Shown here: in pieces, positions 1 through 11,847 of the stretch
Position numbering within the stretch: position 1 is the first letter of the stretch
How the letters are laid out: every line of letters starts with the position of its first letter
From: Octopus vulgaris
Lineage: Eukaryota
NCBI GenBank assembly: GCA_951406725.2
Contig: OX597833.1
Coordinates: 9,362,001 to 9,426,000, forward strand
DNA length: 64,000 nt
Direction: 5' to 3'
The notes under the pieces: generated by a model
Told to the model about the DNA's origin: nothing
Database searches by the model: none
What the model saw: the letters and a program-made list of their open reading frames with translations, nothing else
Made by a program: the position numbers and the translations under genes

Positions 1-509
1 GTGACCGAGACCATTGGCGATATGCTATGCTTGAGAAGACCCATCAAGCCAAATGAAATCATAGTCGTAGGTGATGCTGGTGTCACATAACTGGCACCAG
101 TGCCGTTGGCATGTAAATAGCACCTTTTGAGCATTGGGCCTCATGGAGGCACGGTGGTCGATGCCAGTGGCATGTGAAAAGCACCTTTTGAGTGTTGAGC
201 CTCACAGAAACAACCGCAAATGGCCAAGACCTTTGGCATTATGCTATGTTTGAGAAGAAAACCCATCAAGTCAAGTAAAATTGCAGTTGTAGCAGATATT
301 GGTGTCATGCAAGTGGCACCTGTGCCAGTGGTATGTAGAGGTACCCATTATACTCTTGGAATGGTTGGCATTAGGAAGGACATCCAGCTGTAGAAACCAT
401 GCCAAATCAGACTGGAGTCTGGTGCAGCCTTCCAGCTTGCCAGCGCTGGTCAAACCATCCAACCCATGCCAGCAGTATGGATAATGGACGTTAAATGATG
501 ATGATAATG

Positions 510-510
<1 letters not shown>
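1..510 (+). repeat. 3' portion of an abundant RTE-tail-type retroposon (LINE 3' UTR or derived SINE)
   Basis: Ends ...aacccatgccagcagtatggataatggacgttaaatgatgatgat; related copies at ~11590-11810, 22180-22380(-), 24170-24360, 27220-27670, 28680-28870 and 29810-29930(-). Confidence 0.7.
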
Positions 511-574
<64 letters not shown>

Positions 575-689
575 AATGTTTATGTATTTATGTATATCAT
601 CATCATCATTGTTTAATGTCTATCTTCCATGCACGCATGGGTAGAATGGTTGACAGGAGCTGGTAAGATAGAAAAACTACTCTAGCCTA

Positions 690-2550
690 CTGTGTAATAG
701 GATGAATATCAAGAGACGATTAAAACTAGTCACAATATTCTCACCAGATATAGGAATGGAGTTTGGGAAAGATAAATGCTCCTACATGGCAGTCAACTGA
801 GGAAAGATTGTTGACCAGTCAGAGAACATGAATATGAAGTGCTTGTGTATCTCCCTGATTTCTAATGATGAAAGCTACAGATAACTCAGAATCGATGAGA
901 ATGTTGCATATATTGGTGCTATGACTAAAGCCAAAATAAGAAAAGAGTACTTTTGTAGACTCTGGAAAATATCAGAGCTGGCTGCATTTAACAAAACCAA
1001 ATCTCAAATTGCTTTTGCAGTGCCAGTGTTAGTACCAACATTTGGGATATTGGACTGGACACTTGTTGAGATCTGCAGCCTGCACATCAAAGCTAGAAAG
1101 GTACTGACCACCACTGGCAACTTCCACATTAACAGTGACACCGATAGTATTTTTATGTGAGACAAAGTGATAGCTGTAGAGGCATAGGAGCAGTGTGAAG
1201 ACAGCCTTTGAATGTTGCATTGAATCCCTCAGACGACACCTGTTGAACAATGAAGAAGGAAATGAGTCTATTTCTACTCAAAAGGGAGATCAACAACATC
1301 TTCAGATTTGGAGAAGAATGACTGAGCAGGTACTCCGAGGATACAACTGTCTTGTGTGACCCAAAGGAGGCTGGACTGGCCTACTTAAACAGAAGCTTGG
1401 GGGAGAAGCAGGCATCATACCAGCAAAAAGCAATGGATGGGTACGTGTTCCACGAGAGGGCAACAACAGCATTAACAGGAAGAGTAGCCGCTCCTGGACC
1501 TGTGACAGAGACATTAATTCCCACTTAGAAGGATATGCCTTCACTATACAGGAACAGGAGATAACAACTAAATACCTGATAAAGAAGAGGGGCAGGGATA
1601 CCACCACACCTCCATGTTGTGATGAAAAATGTTGGCCCTGCTATACTAGTATGGAAGATGTCACTCACATTATCAGCAGCTGCCCTGAAATGTCTACAAG
1701 ATACTACCTGTCCTTGAGGCATGAAAGACTATAACCCTGTCTGCAGGAAGGGCTGTTCTGCAGGAAAGGCATGTCAGAACCAACAGGTATTCACACCTTT
1801 AAAAACAAGGAATACTGGTGGAACACCCTGATAAAAACATTAATTTGGTGCAAACATAACAGACCTGATATTTTTCTGTGGGACTGAGAACAAGAGTGCA
1901 AGTTCTGCACTCTTGTTGAGGTCAGCAGATGTGAATGTACAATCAAAAGTCCAGGAAAAAGAGAACATTTATGGCAAATAAATGCAGAACTTACAGCTCT
2001 TGTACTCTGACTATGAATTCTCATGTGTACTGATCACCATAGGTGCACTGGGTTAAGTAGTAACAAATTTGCATGAAAACCTAGAGACACTCATTTTTAC
2101 GGCGATCAAAAGAAATTGACGTGGGTTCTCCAAATCCAATCTATTGGTGGCACAGGGAAGGTTTATAGGACATTCTTGAAATTCTCTATTTGAGATTCTC
2201 ATGCATTGACAGTTCAACCAACACACCAACTCAACCATATTTTGAAAAAAACTGGGAACTCTCTTAACCCTTTCGTTACCAACCTGGCTAAAACCGGCTT
2301 TGGCTCTGTAATATAAATGTCTTCTTTTCATAAGTTTTCAATTAAAATCTTCCACTAAATCTTAGTCACAATTTATGTTCTTAACACTAGCTTAATGATA
2401 ACTAAGTTATTTTACTAAATTCTTCGTTATATTTAAAATAATTGAAAGAAACACAGAACATCTCAAAATAAATACAGTAACGAAAGGGTTAATTTGAAAA
2501 GTTTTGTTGCTTTGTTTGGTGGCTTCAACTCTCTCAAAGAAAAATCACAC
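690..2550 (+). mobile_element. Decayed 3' half of an R4/Dong-like (RLE-type) non-LTR retrotransposon
   Basis: Broken frames give DIGMEFGKDKC, AVPVLVPTFGILDWT, FTIQEQEITTKYL, EDVTHIISSCPEMSTRYYLSLRH (zinc-knuckle region), KHNRPDI (RLE nuclease) and IGALG. Confidence 0.75.
2268..2488. mobile_element. piggyBac-type MITE
   Basis: 12-bp TIR CCCTTTCGTTAC...GTAACGAAAGGG flanked by TTAA at 2264-2267 and 2489-2492. Confidence 0.85.
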
Positions 2551-3029
2551 ACATGCACACGCACACAAACACACACACACACACACACATAAACACACAC
2601 ACACACACACACACACATAACACACACACACACACACACTGAGAAGTCAATAAAGGATAAGTTTTAACAAATGTATTATTTTATAAATGTGTGTGTGTGT
2701 GTGTTGGGAGCAGGGATTACAAATGAAAGCAAAATGTGGGGTTACTCAGTACATTTAGCTAATTTATTTGAAAATGGTCAATGGTGGTACGCAGAGTTTG
2801 TGGCATGTAAAATAATTCAGGAGACAGAAACTTGGAGTGTATGTAGGTGTGTAAGTACTTGTTCGATTGGTGTCTTTTGCTGAACTGCTAAGTTACAGGG
2901 ATGTCAAGTGACGGTTGGGGGGGACACAAACACAGACACACACACACATATATATATAGTCTTAATAATGAAATTATTGTATACAGTGCTCAGGTGCACC
3001 ACAACTTGTCAAAAGTGCGTATAAAGCAT

Positions 3030-3165
3030 ATGTTGGGCTTCTTTCAGTTTCTGTCTACCAAATTCACTCACAAGGCCATAGTAGAAGATACTTGCCCAAG
3101 GTGCCATGCAGTGGGACTGAACCCAGAACCATGTGGTTGGGAGCACGCTTCTTACCACACATCCA
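3030..3165 (-). repeat. tRNA-derived CORE-type SINE, 5' part (octopus OR/OK-like)
   Basis: Reverse complement reads gtgtggtaagaagc...ggttcagtcccactgcatggcaccttgggcaagt...gaaactgaaagaagccc; the family recurs more than 10 times in the window. Confidence 0.75.
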
Positions 3166-3174
3166 CTCCTGTGC

Positions 3175-3440
3175 ATGTATGTATGTATGTATGTATGTAT
3201 GTATGTATGTATGTATGTATGTATGTATGTATGATGTATGTATGCATGCATGCATGCATGCATGCATGTATGTATGTATGTATGTATGTATGTATGTATG
3301 TATGTATGTATGTATGTATGTATGCATGTTTGTGTGTGTGTATGTATGTATGTATGTATGTATGTATGCATGCATGCATGCATGCATGTATGTATGTATG
3401 TGTGTGTGTGTATGTATGTATAGAAAGAGAGAGAGAGAGA
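3175..3440. repeat. (TATG)n/(CATG)n compound microsatellite
   Basis: Directly visible; source of the MYVC/HTYI pseudo-ORFs. Confidence 0.95.
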
Positions 3441-3489
3441 GATGTTAATGTGTAGTCAAGTCTATGTGAGAGACTTCACCGCATATTCT

Positions 3490-3865
3490 TTTCTTTATTT
3501 CAATCATTTGACTGCGGCCATGCTGGAGCAGTACCTTGAATATTTTAATCAAATGAATCAACTCCAGTATTTATTTTAAAATGAATTGACCCCATTATTT
3601 ACTTTTAAACCTGGTACTTATTCGATGGTCCCTTTTTGCCAAATCTCCAAGTAACGTCGACGTAAACACATCGGTACTGGTTGCCAAGTGGTGTTGGAGG
3701 AGACAAGCACAAACAAAACGATGGACACACGGACACACACAAGGCTTTGGTCGGCCCGAGGCGACAGTAGAAGACACTTGCCCGGCCCAAAGTGCTACGC
3801 AGTGGGACTGAACCCGGCACCATGTGGTTGGGAAGTAAGCTTCTTACCACACAGCCACGCCCGCA
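3490..3865 (-). repeat. tRNA-derived CORE-type SINE, near full length
   Basis: Head (gtggctgtgtggtaagaagc...ggttcagtccc) and tail (ctccagcatggccgcagtcaaatgattgaaa) both present on the minus strand. Confidence 0.8.
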
Positions 3866-3871
3866 CCTTTC

Positions 3872-3937
<66 letters not shown>

Positions 3938-4092
3938 ACTGCAGTTATGGTTCTCCCAGTTATTTTTGAACAGGAATATGAATATATATATATATATATA
4001 CATACATACAACATGTGTTTAGAGATAGATACACTGGAATATTTTCCGTGTATGAGTATGTGTATGGTGGAGGGTGAATGTATGTAGTGTAT

Positions 4093-4132
<40 letters not shown>

Positions 4133-4835
4133 AAAGCTGAGAGGATGAGTGTTGAAAGTTGCAAATGTGTTATGTGTAACACGCATGAGATTTAGAGAGA
4201 AGGAGAGAAAGAGAGAGAGAGAGAGAGAGTACATATGCATGTGAGTGTGTTAGTGTGACAGTGTGTGTGTGACAACCTGAGAAGCTAGCAGTGAACTAAT
4301 TCTTTTAAGCAAAGCCTTGTCCAACACACAGCAGCTCTGCTATAAGTACACACAAACTAGTCCACAATAAAAGTACAAAGTCAGAGTGAAGGAGCGGCGG
4401 CGTGGAGGTTAGGTGTGCAATAGTAGTAGTATTTGTAGTGGTAGTAGTGAGAGGACACGCGCCATAGAAGCAAACGACTGGCTTCTCCTCTAGCCACACC
4501 CTCCTCCCACTCTCTCATATCTTATACATTTACTTTCTCCTGTTAATCCTCCTCTCCCTCTCTGAATTTCTCACCTCCTCCCTAAGTCTTCTTTCTTCCT
4601 CTCTTCCTCATATCATCTCCGCCCCCTTCCTTACTTTTTGTCTCTCTCTCCCTCTCTCATTTCCTTCCTTCCCGGCTCTCTATCTTTCCTTTTCCTCCTC
4701 TCACCCTGCCACTCATCTTTCATTCCCCTCCCCATCTCATAATTAACATTACACAGCTAATGTATTTATATTACACATAAAAGTACACGAAGCCCCTTTG
4801 TCAGTGGAGAAGGAAACAAACTCCTCAAGTCTTAC

Positions 4836-4863
4836 TTGAAAAGCAGCTTTTTATCAAAGTCAT
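4836..4863 (-). CDS. Candidate alternative first coding exon (MTLIKSCFS + 1 nt) of an unidentified host gene
   Basis: ATG at 4863, 9 codons + A, then donor GTAAG at 4835-4831 (phase 1); lies in unique CpG-containing sequence. Confidence 0.45.
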
Positions 4864-5565
4864 CCGTTCAAGGACGCCGCGCACAGACGAAACAAGACTT
4901 TCTAATAGAAGTTACAGGGTCTATCGTATATGTGACACACACACACACACACACACACATGATTGCTCCATCTTCGCAGATGATTGCCGTCTTCTTGTGC
5001 TTCCTCCTAGTCAATGGTATTTCTGACTTTCCGTTCATGACCTCTCATGACTATTCAGTCCCGCTGCAGATCTACATGTTTTGAAGCATAGGTGACTAAT
5101 GAGTGAAGGGGATGACACGTGAGGTTACCACAGGCAGTACGTCACTGGATTAGGGGGATAAACATTTGTACAAGTCTCTCACTCTCCGGGTCTCTGTGTT
5201 TAGTAACCTAATCATCGGCCAAAACCAGATGATTCGGTGATCGCATGCAACAGCAGTTTTTACATCTGTGTCCCTCTCCTACAAGGTTACTGTGACAATT
5301 GCTAGGGTCCCTCACTTACTGAATGGCCTGACGCCAAGGGTATTTCTGCATCCCTGCGCTCAGATGGATTGTCATCACGATGCCAGTTAACCCATGACTA
5401 GGGTCCTGACAGGTGTTGCTATTCCAGGTCAGAATAGACCTGGGAACATTGGTGGTAAAGAGGTAGCACTACACTCTTCAAAACCCTGGAACTCTAGAAC
5501 CAAAGCCACCACCACCGGATGCAGTTTAAAGTCATACACAAGACACACACACACATACATGTGTG

Positions 5566-5626
<61 letters not shown>

Positions 5627-5636
5627 AATGTATGTA

Positions 5637-5678
<42 letters not shown>

Positions 5679-5699
5679 CATACATCTATCTCATTTTAA

Positions 5700-6270
5700 C
5701 AGGTATGTTTACCAAAATTACATAAAAATATCTTGAAATAAAATTCAATAAAATCGCCATTGGCTTCAACCTCTGGACGACTTTGGAATCTCCTGCAACT
5801 CTTCTGGACAGTCTCCTTGTTTAAGTTGGTGAATGCTGCCATAACCCTTAACTTCAGTTCATCTTTGCTGTAACAAGGAGTTGTGTTGGGCTATTGTTCA
5901 ACTACACCCCACATATAATAACAAAGTGGTTGCAGTCTGTGGAGTTAGGTGGCCAGATGTTAGGGGTGATGTGGTCCCAGAAATTGTCTGACAGTCATGA
6001 CTGGGTTCTCCTGCTTGTGTGACATGGTGCAGAGTCCTGTTGCCAGACACAGGGTCTTCCAGTAACAACCCTATTGACCCAGGGCAGCACTACCTCCTTC
6101 AGGAACTTGATGTAGGCCTCTGTGTTGAGTCTGAGGCCGTGTGAGAAGATGAATGGAGGCATTATGTTGCCATCACTAGTGATCGCTCCAAACACCATGA
6201 TGTTGACTGAATGTTTGGTTTTTATCACTCTCTGTACATGTTTGGGGGACACAGCAAGTCAATGATTTTA
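5700..6270 (-). mobile_element. Tc1/mariner-superfamily transposase fragment
   Basis: ORF 5995-6252 has MVFGAITSDG and WQQDSAPCH; a WPPNSTDCN-like motif follows downstream. Confidence 0.85.
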
Positions 6271-6334
6271 CTCAGCCTGGTATACACACACACAAACACA
6301 CACCAACTCACACACATATATATATATATATAAG

Positions 6335-6650
6335 CGCCTGCATAGCTGTGTGGTAAGAAGCTTGCTTTTCAACCACATGGTTCCTGGTTCAGTCCCACTG
6401 TGTCTTCTACTATAGCCTTGTGAGTAGATTTGGTACACGGAAACTGAAAGAACCTATCATATATGTGTGTGTGTGTGTGTGTCTGTGTTTGCCCTGCCAT
6501 CACTGCTTATCAACTGGTTTTGGTGTGTTTACCTTCCCAGAGTAAGTACTAGTCTTAAAACATAAGTCCTAGAGTCGAGTTGTTTGACTAAAACCCTTCA
6601 AAGCAATGCTCCAGCATGGCTGCAGTCGACTGAAACAAGTAAAAGAATAT
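6335..6650 (+). repeat. tRNA-derived CORE-type SINE, internally deleted
   Basis: Same head and ...ctccagcatggctgcagtcgactgaaacaagtaaaag tail as other copies. Confidence 0.75.
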
Positions 6651-6663
6651 ATATATATATATA

Positions 6664-7089
6664 ATTGATTAAGTAAACAGAATATGGAATTGGTCTAACT
6701 CTACTTTGAACGATGGTTTCAACCTATCCTACAACTGTCCTCCATAGGTGGGATGCTGTGCACCATACTTTGTTGCATCAATCTTGCATCCTGGGTTGCA
6801 TCAGCTACATTCATACATAAATTGATGCCTCACTAAAGATCTGGATTTCGGGCACCTCATTCCCTAAATGAAGCAGACAAATAACAACATGGCTGCTCAG
6901 AATCAAGGTTTTTAGTGAGACACCACTTTATAGATGAATGTACCTGATGTGGCCCAGACTGCAAGATTGATGCAACATTTATAATGCACAGCATCCCACC
7001 TATAAAGGACAGTTGCAGGATGGATCAAAACAATCATCGTACAAAATAACGAGTTATACCAATTCCATTTTCTGTTTCCTTAATCGATT
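6664..7089. repeat. ~430-bp imperfect fold-back (arms ~195 bp, loop ~30 bp)
   Basis: 6664-6858 aligns to the reverse complement of 6891-7089, e.g. ataggtgggatgctgtgca/tgcacagcatcccacctat and tgttgcatcaatcttgca/tgcaagattgatgcaaca. Confidence 0.9.
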
Positions 7090-7329
7090 ACTTTCTCAAC
7101 TAACACTGCAGAATTCCTGAAGTAGATCCAAAGGAAATATATCCCAACTGCAGATGGCACCAGGGAGTCCAAACTGTGCCACTTCTTTACTCAACACATC
7201 AGCACACTAATTGATGTATACTCATTAGTCAAAAATATTACATACATACACATCTATCTATCTGAATGTAGCAAGGATTGCATGTGTGAATGACGGAGCC
7301 AGCTTGAGGAAAAAAGAGAGCCACTTACT

Positions 7330-7648
7330 ATAATGTGCTTTCTTTTTGCATGACACTATTGCCCAAGGTTCCCGTGGTCTTTTCTGTAGGCTTTTCTATC
7401 CACAAACAAACCTAATCTGTTTTCCCTTTTTACATTTCTGTGATACACAATCCCTATTGATCGGCCCCACTTTTTTTTTTTATTTCACGGTCCCTTTTGA
7501 TTGGAATTTGACACCCCATTTTTTTTTCTTTTCACAAGCCCTTTTGATTGGAATTCGCCCCTCCCCCTTCTCTTCTTCCCAAAAAGAAAAGCTCTACTTT
7601 GTATTTTGTCCCTTCTGTATTTAGCCCTGCGTGGCCAATAAAGAAATC
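7330..7648 (+). repeat. 3' end of a retroposon sharing its tail with the SINE at 42244
   Basis: Ends tttgtcccttctgtatttagccctgcgtggccaataaagaaat. Confidence 0.55.
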
Positions 7649-7739
7649 TATCATCTATCTACATATGTATAATACCTGTATAAATATATATACACATATG
7701 TATACACACAGTGATGAGCATGTGATCACAAGGTTGTGA

Positions 7740-8142
7740 GTCCAATTCCTGAGGCAGTTAAAGGCCTTCAAGACCAAATGCCCAAGAAAACTGACACACA
7801 AGTCCTTCGTTTCAATGCTATGTGTGACTGACGTTTTCAACTATTTGGTCACTCTCCCCAGTCTCCTGATTTGGCCCCTTCTGACAATCATCTATTCTCC
7901 AATGTGGAAAACACTTGGCAGGGAACCAGTATTTTGGTGATGATGTCACATCTGCTGCTTATGACTTTTTTGAGCAACAGACTGAAAGCTTCTTCAATCA
8001 CGGGATTGAAGCACTGCAACACCAATGGAAGATGTATGTGAACCACAAGGGGGTTTATGGGACTATATTGTAGAACAAACCTCATTTGGTCACATTCCAT
8101 GAGAGTATCTTAGCATATTAACTTTTCAGCCAACCCTTGTAC
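7740..8142 (+). mobile_element. mariner transposase 3' remnant with probable right TIR
   Basis: Decayed SPDLAPSD motif (agtctcctgatttggccccttctgac), FFNHGIEALQHQWKMYVNHKGVY, end aacttttcagccaacccttgta. Confidence 0.75.
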
Positions 8143-8433
8143 ATAATGTTGGATAATGGCAAAAAGGAAAAGAAATTTAGAACAATGTAAAGTAAAGCAA
8201 GAAAAGGAGATGTGGAGGCAGAATGAGAGATAAATATTGACAAGGAAAGCATCAATACTTCAATAAAACAATATTCACTGGAGAGAATATTTGCAGAACA
8301 TCAAAGAGCATCCAAAAAAAGACTGAAAATTTTCCATAAAATTTCCCTCCAAAATTGTAATACATTCTGTCTGAAGTTAGGAGTTTTGTATTATAAAATG
8401 TGTTTGCAAGCAAAACTTTGTATTTCAGTTCCT

Positions 8434-9022
8434 TCCTGTAGAGAAGACATCAGTTTGAATGATTTTTTTTTACATGTATCTAAGCAGCAGAATCCTGATG
8501 TTCTAGAAAATGGTTTGACAAGCTCCATGGCTATTTACGTTCAAGAGGTTTTCCAATTACAAAAACAAAAAACATGGAAATTTAATAGCTTTCAGTCTTG
8601 TGTGAAAAACTATTGAAGAAAGACATGGGTACCAAAGTGTCTTTGATACAAATATCAGTCTTCTAAATATTCTCTAAATTACTCTAAAAACAGGATACAT
8701 TTCTTAATGGAATTTCTAGAAAGATAGACGGATTTCAAACAAATTCCATTTATTAAACTGCAATATATTCAACTCATTTGTAGAAGAAATTATGGTGGAA
8801 TAAACTTGTTTTTAGTGATGGAATTTCAAAATTAGTTCATTCCTAGAGGGCTGCCAATATGGAATATGTTTTGACAGCACTTCTAGACATTGAAAGATAT
8901 ACCATAAAATTTTAAATATTGTAGTCAGTAGAATTTGTCAAACCATTTTCTAGAACATCAGGATTCTGCTGCTTAGATACATGTAAAAAAAAATCATTCA
9001 AACTGATGTCTTCTCTACAGGA
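8434..9022. repeat. Perfect 88-bp inverted repeat with 413-bp spacer
   Basis: 8434-8521 is the exact reverse complement of 8935-9022, including the T9/A9 run. Confidence 0.95.
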
Positions 9023-9369
9023 CTCTCTCAATCCCTTCAATCCCTTATTTCCTAGCATAAAGCTGCCCTTTCTTCCTCGAATTTTATTATCTTATGAGCG
9101 ACCTCTCTAGTGCTAGTGGCACAAAAAATGTAGCCAAGAAAGTAATTGGTATTTGGAACTACATTCAGTCATAGAAACAATGCTAAAGCAAACATGATGG
9201 ACTCCTTGGGCCTATCAGATCCTCCTGTCACCCATCCATGTTCCATGCCAACAAGGTTTGGATGGATGCTAGATGATGATGAATCTTGTACTCCTTTATA
9301 CTTAATTATTTCAGTGCAGATTTCCTTGTACTGTTAATATGTGTGTGTGTGTGTGTGTGTGTGTCTGTA

Positions 9370-9990
9370 TGGCTGATCCTTCTTTGAGTTTTATTTAAAA
9401 GCTCTTTTTGAGAGAGTTTGAGCTGATTGCTAATAAAGTGACAAGACTCATTTTAGTTAAGAGAGTTCTTGGTGTTTTAAAATATGTGGTTGAGTTGGTG
9501 GTTGAACTGTCAAAGCATACATCTAAGTATGAACAACTAGTCACATAAGAATCTCAGATGGAGAATTCTTGGAATGTCTTACAAATCTTCACTGTACCAC
9601 TAATAGATTGGATTTGGAGAATCTACATCAATTTCTTTTACTCTTACTCCATGAAACCAAGTATTTCTAAGCATTTGTGCAAATTTGTGGCTACATAACC
9701 TAATGCACTTATGATGATAGGTACACACGAGAATTCATAGTCAGGGTACAAGAGCTGTAAGTTCTGCATTAATTTGCAACAAATATTCTCGTTTTTCTGG
9801 ACTTTTGATTGTACAAAAAATGTTCTACATGGTGCAGAACTTTTGTTCCCAGTCCCACAGAAAAATATCAGGTCTGTTATGTTTGCACCAAATTAATGTT
9901 TTTATCAGGTGTTCCACCAGTATTCCTTGTTTTTAAAGGTGTGAATACCTGTTGGTTCTGACATATTTTTGATGTTATACTTCAAATGCA
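9370..9990 (-). mobile_element. 3' end of the same R4/Dong-like LINE family as 690-2550
   Basis: Near-identical block MSEPTGIHTFKNKEYWWNT...KHNRPDI in opposite orientation. Confidence 0.8.
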
Positions 9991-10224
9991 CGGCCAACAA
10001 TTTCCAATCCTGGAACAACGATATCCCAACAGTGTATGGACTTCGCAAGGACCACAAAGTAACCTCTGATCCAGTGGTAGGACCACCAACAAGACCAGTT
10101 TTGCTAACAACCACAGGATCTCCTACTTCCTCTCAATGATCCTACGTCCCATAATCCAGATGTCACCTGATGTTTGTGGCAGCATGGGAGATCTCAGCAG
10201 GATCAACGACTGTAACAATACCTG

Positions 10225-11400
10225 CGATGGTATATCAACTGAAACGTGTTCACAACAAACAAGATGAGGACAAATATCCGTCAATTGTAAATAATGTACA
10301 TAATTTCTCATCTCTTAAATATAGAACTGAAGTAAAGAAAATGATTGTACATGCATTAGGAGCTAGTAGAAGAGGTACCCTAAAAGGCCACATGTTTAAC
10401 AACAGGATGAGGGGCAGCCATCGGGGTTAGTATCGATGGATATGTGGCCAACCTTTTCATGGTATGGTGGGACAGATGGCTTAAAGAACACCTGACATAG
10501 CCATACTCATGAACATGTACTCTCTCTATGTCGATGATATCAGCATAGTGGTAAAGAAACAGAAATGGAAACTAATTTCTTGAAATTTCTGGAATAATAA
10601 AACCCGAATCCTTCATTCACACTGTACCAAACCTATGATCTCCAAATACCTGATCCAGTGGAACTCAGCTATAGTGTTCACCACATGCAGTTATCAGGAT
10701 ACAACCATAGAGAAAGGATCAGAGTATGCAAAGGAGCCATGAGGAAATTTGAAACTATCATATGTAACGATAGGAATGGGATTTGCCCACTCTATAGGAG
10801 CAAGTTATGAAACACCATTGAAAGAACTAAGAAGAAAATAGGAAGGCCAACTCATAGTATGATAGCCACAAATACCAGTGTCATGTTCGTTGACACCACC
10901 CTTAGAGGTGAACTGGCGTACTGCTTTAGAAGGGCCTTAGACAAACTTAAGCTAAGAATTAAGGTTGTAGAAAGGCCAGGCAACCCTATTAAATCCCTAA
11001 TCGGTAGAACCTACCCTTTTAGGAACTGTACTGTATGTAAATTTATCCACAAACAAACTGTAAAGCTAGGAATGTAGTCTATAGTATAAGATATACAGAG
11101 GGACGGTGCAGTAACAAGACAATGACGTAAGTAGGGGAAACAGCACAGAGCATAGGAAAGCAGGTAAATGAGCATTGGAGGAAACTTAAGGAAGAGAAGA
11201 GCTCATCGGAACTGTACCAGCACACCAAGCTCGCTCAACAACATAGAAGTTAAAAATCTTGTCCACTCATAGAACAGATGCAACATTTAGACAAATTACG
11301 GACGTTACATACATAATAAAAGATAAACTTAGCCTGAATAGGAAACTAGAATGGAACACTAGCACACACCCCAACATACCACAACCTATGACAGAATAAG
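10225..11400 (+). mobile_element. Decayed Penelope-like element (terminal-repeat fragment, RT and GIY-YIG remnants)
   Basis: LYVDDI at ~10525, KIKVVERPG-like segment, xVGETA at ~11130; begins with gaaacgtgttcacaacaaacaagatgaggacaaatatcc, also found at 24562. Confidence 0.6.
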
Positions 11401-11847
11401 ATCCCCATAAACTGATAACAATATGAATATAATATAATACAATACACAGATAATTAAATGGAATTAAGTAACTATATAACAAAATAAATTAAACTAAACT
11501 AAATTAAATACAAAAAAGAAAGAAAAGAAAAAACAAGTAGATATAAACAAATGAAAAAATAAATAAAATCAAATTAAACGAACGTGTAAGTTGTGGTAGA
11601 TACTGGTGTCGCACAAATTGCCATGTAAATGCATCCGTGCCGGTGGTATGTCAATGCACCCATTACACTCTCAGTGGTTGGCATTAGGAAGGGCATCTAG
11701 CTGTGCAAAACCATGACAACTCAGACTGGAGCTTGGCACAGCCTTCCAGCTTGCCAGCTCAGTCATACTGTCCAACCCATGCCAGCATGGATAACGGACG
11801 TTAAATGATGACATATACACACACACATATATATAATTATATATATA

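Noticed and set aside
4409-4465. Signal-peptide-like minus-strand frame MARVLSLLPLQILLLLHT
   Set aside because: Stops after 18 codons with no donor; the leucines come from a (CTA)n repeat.
5380-5550. Possible MetaSINE-like core on the minus strand
   Set aside because: Resemblance only from memory and too diverged to call.
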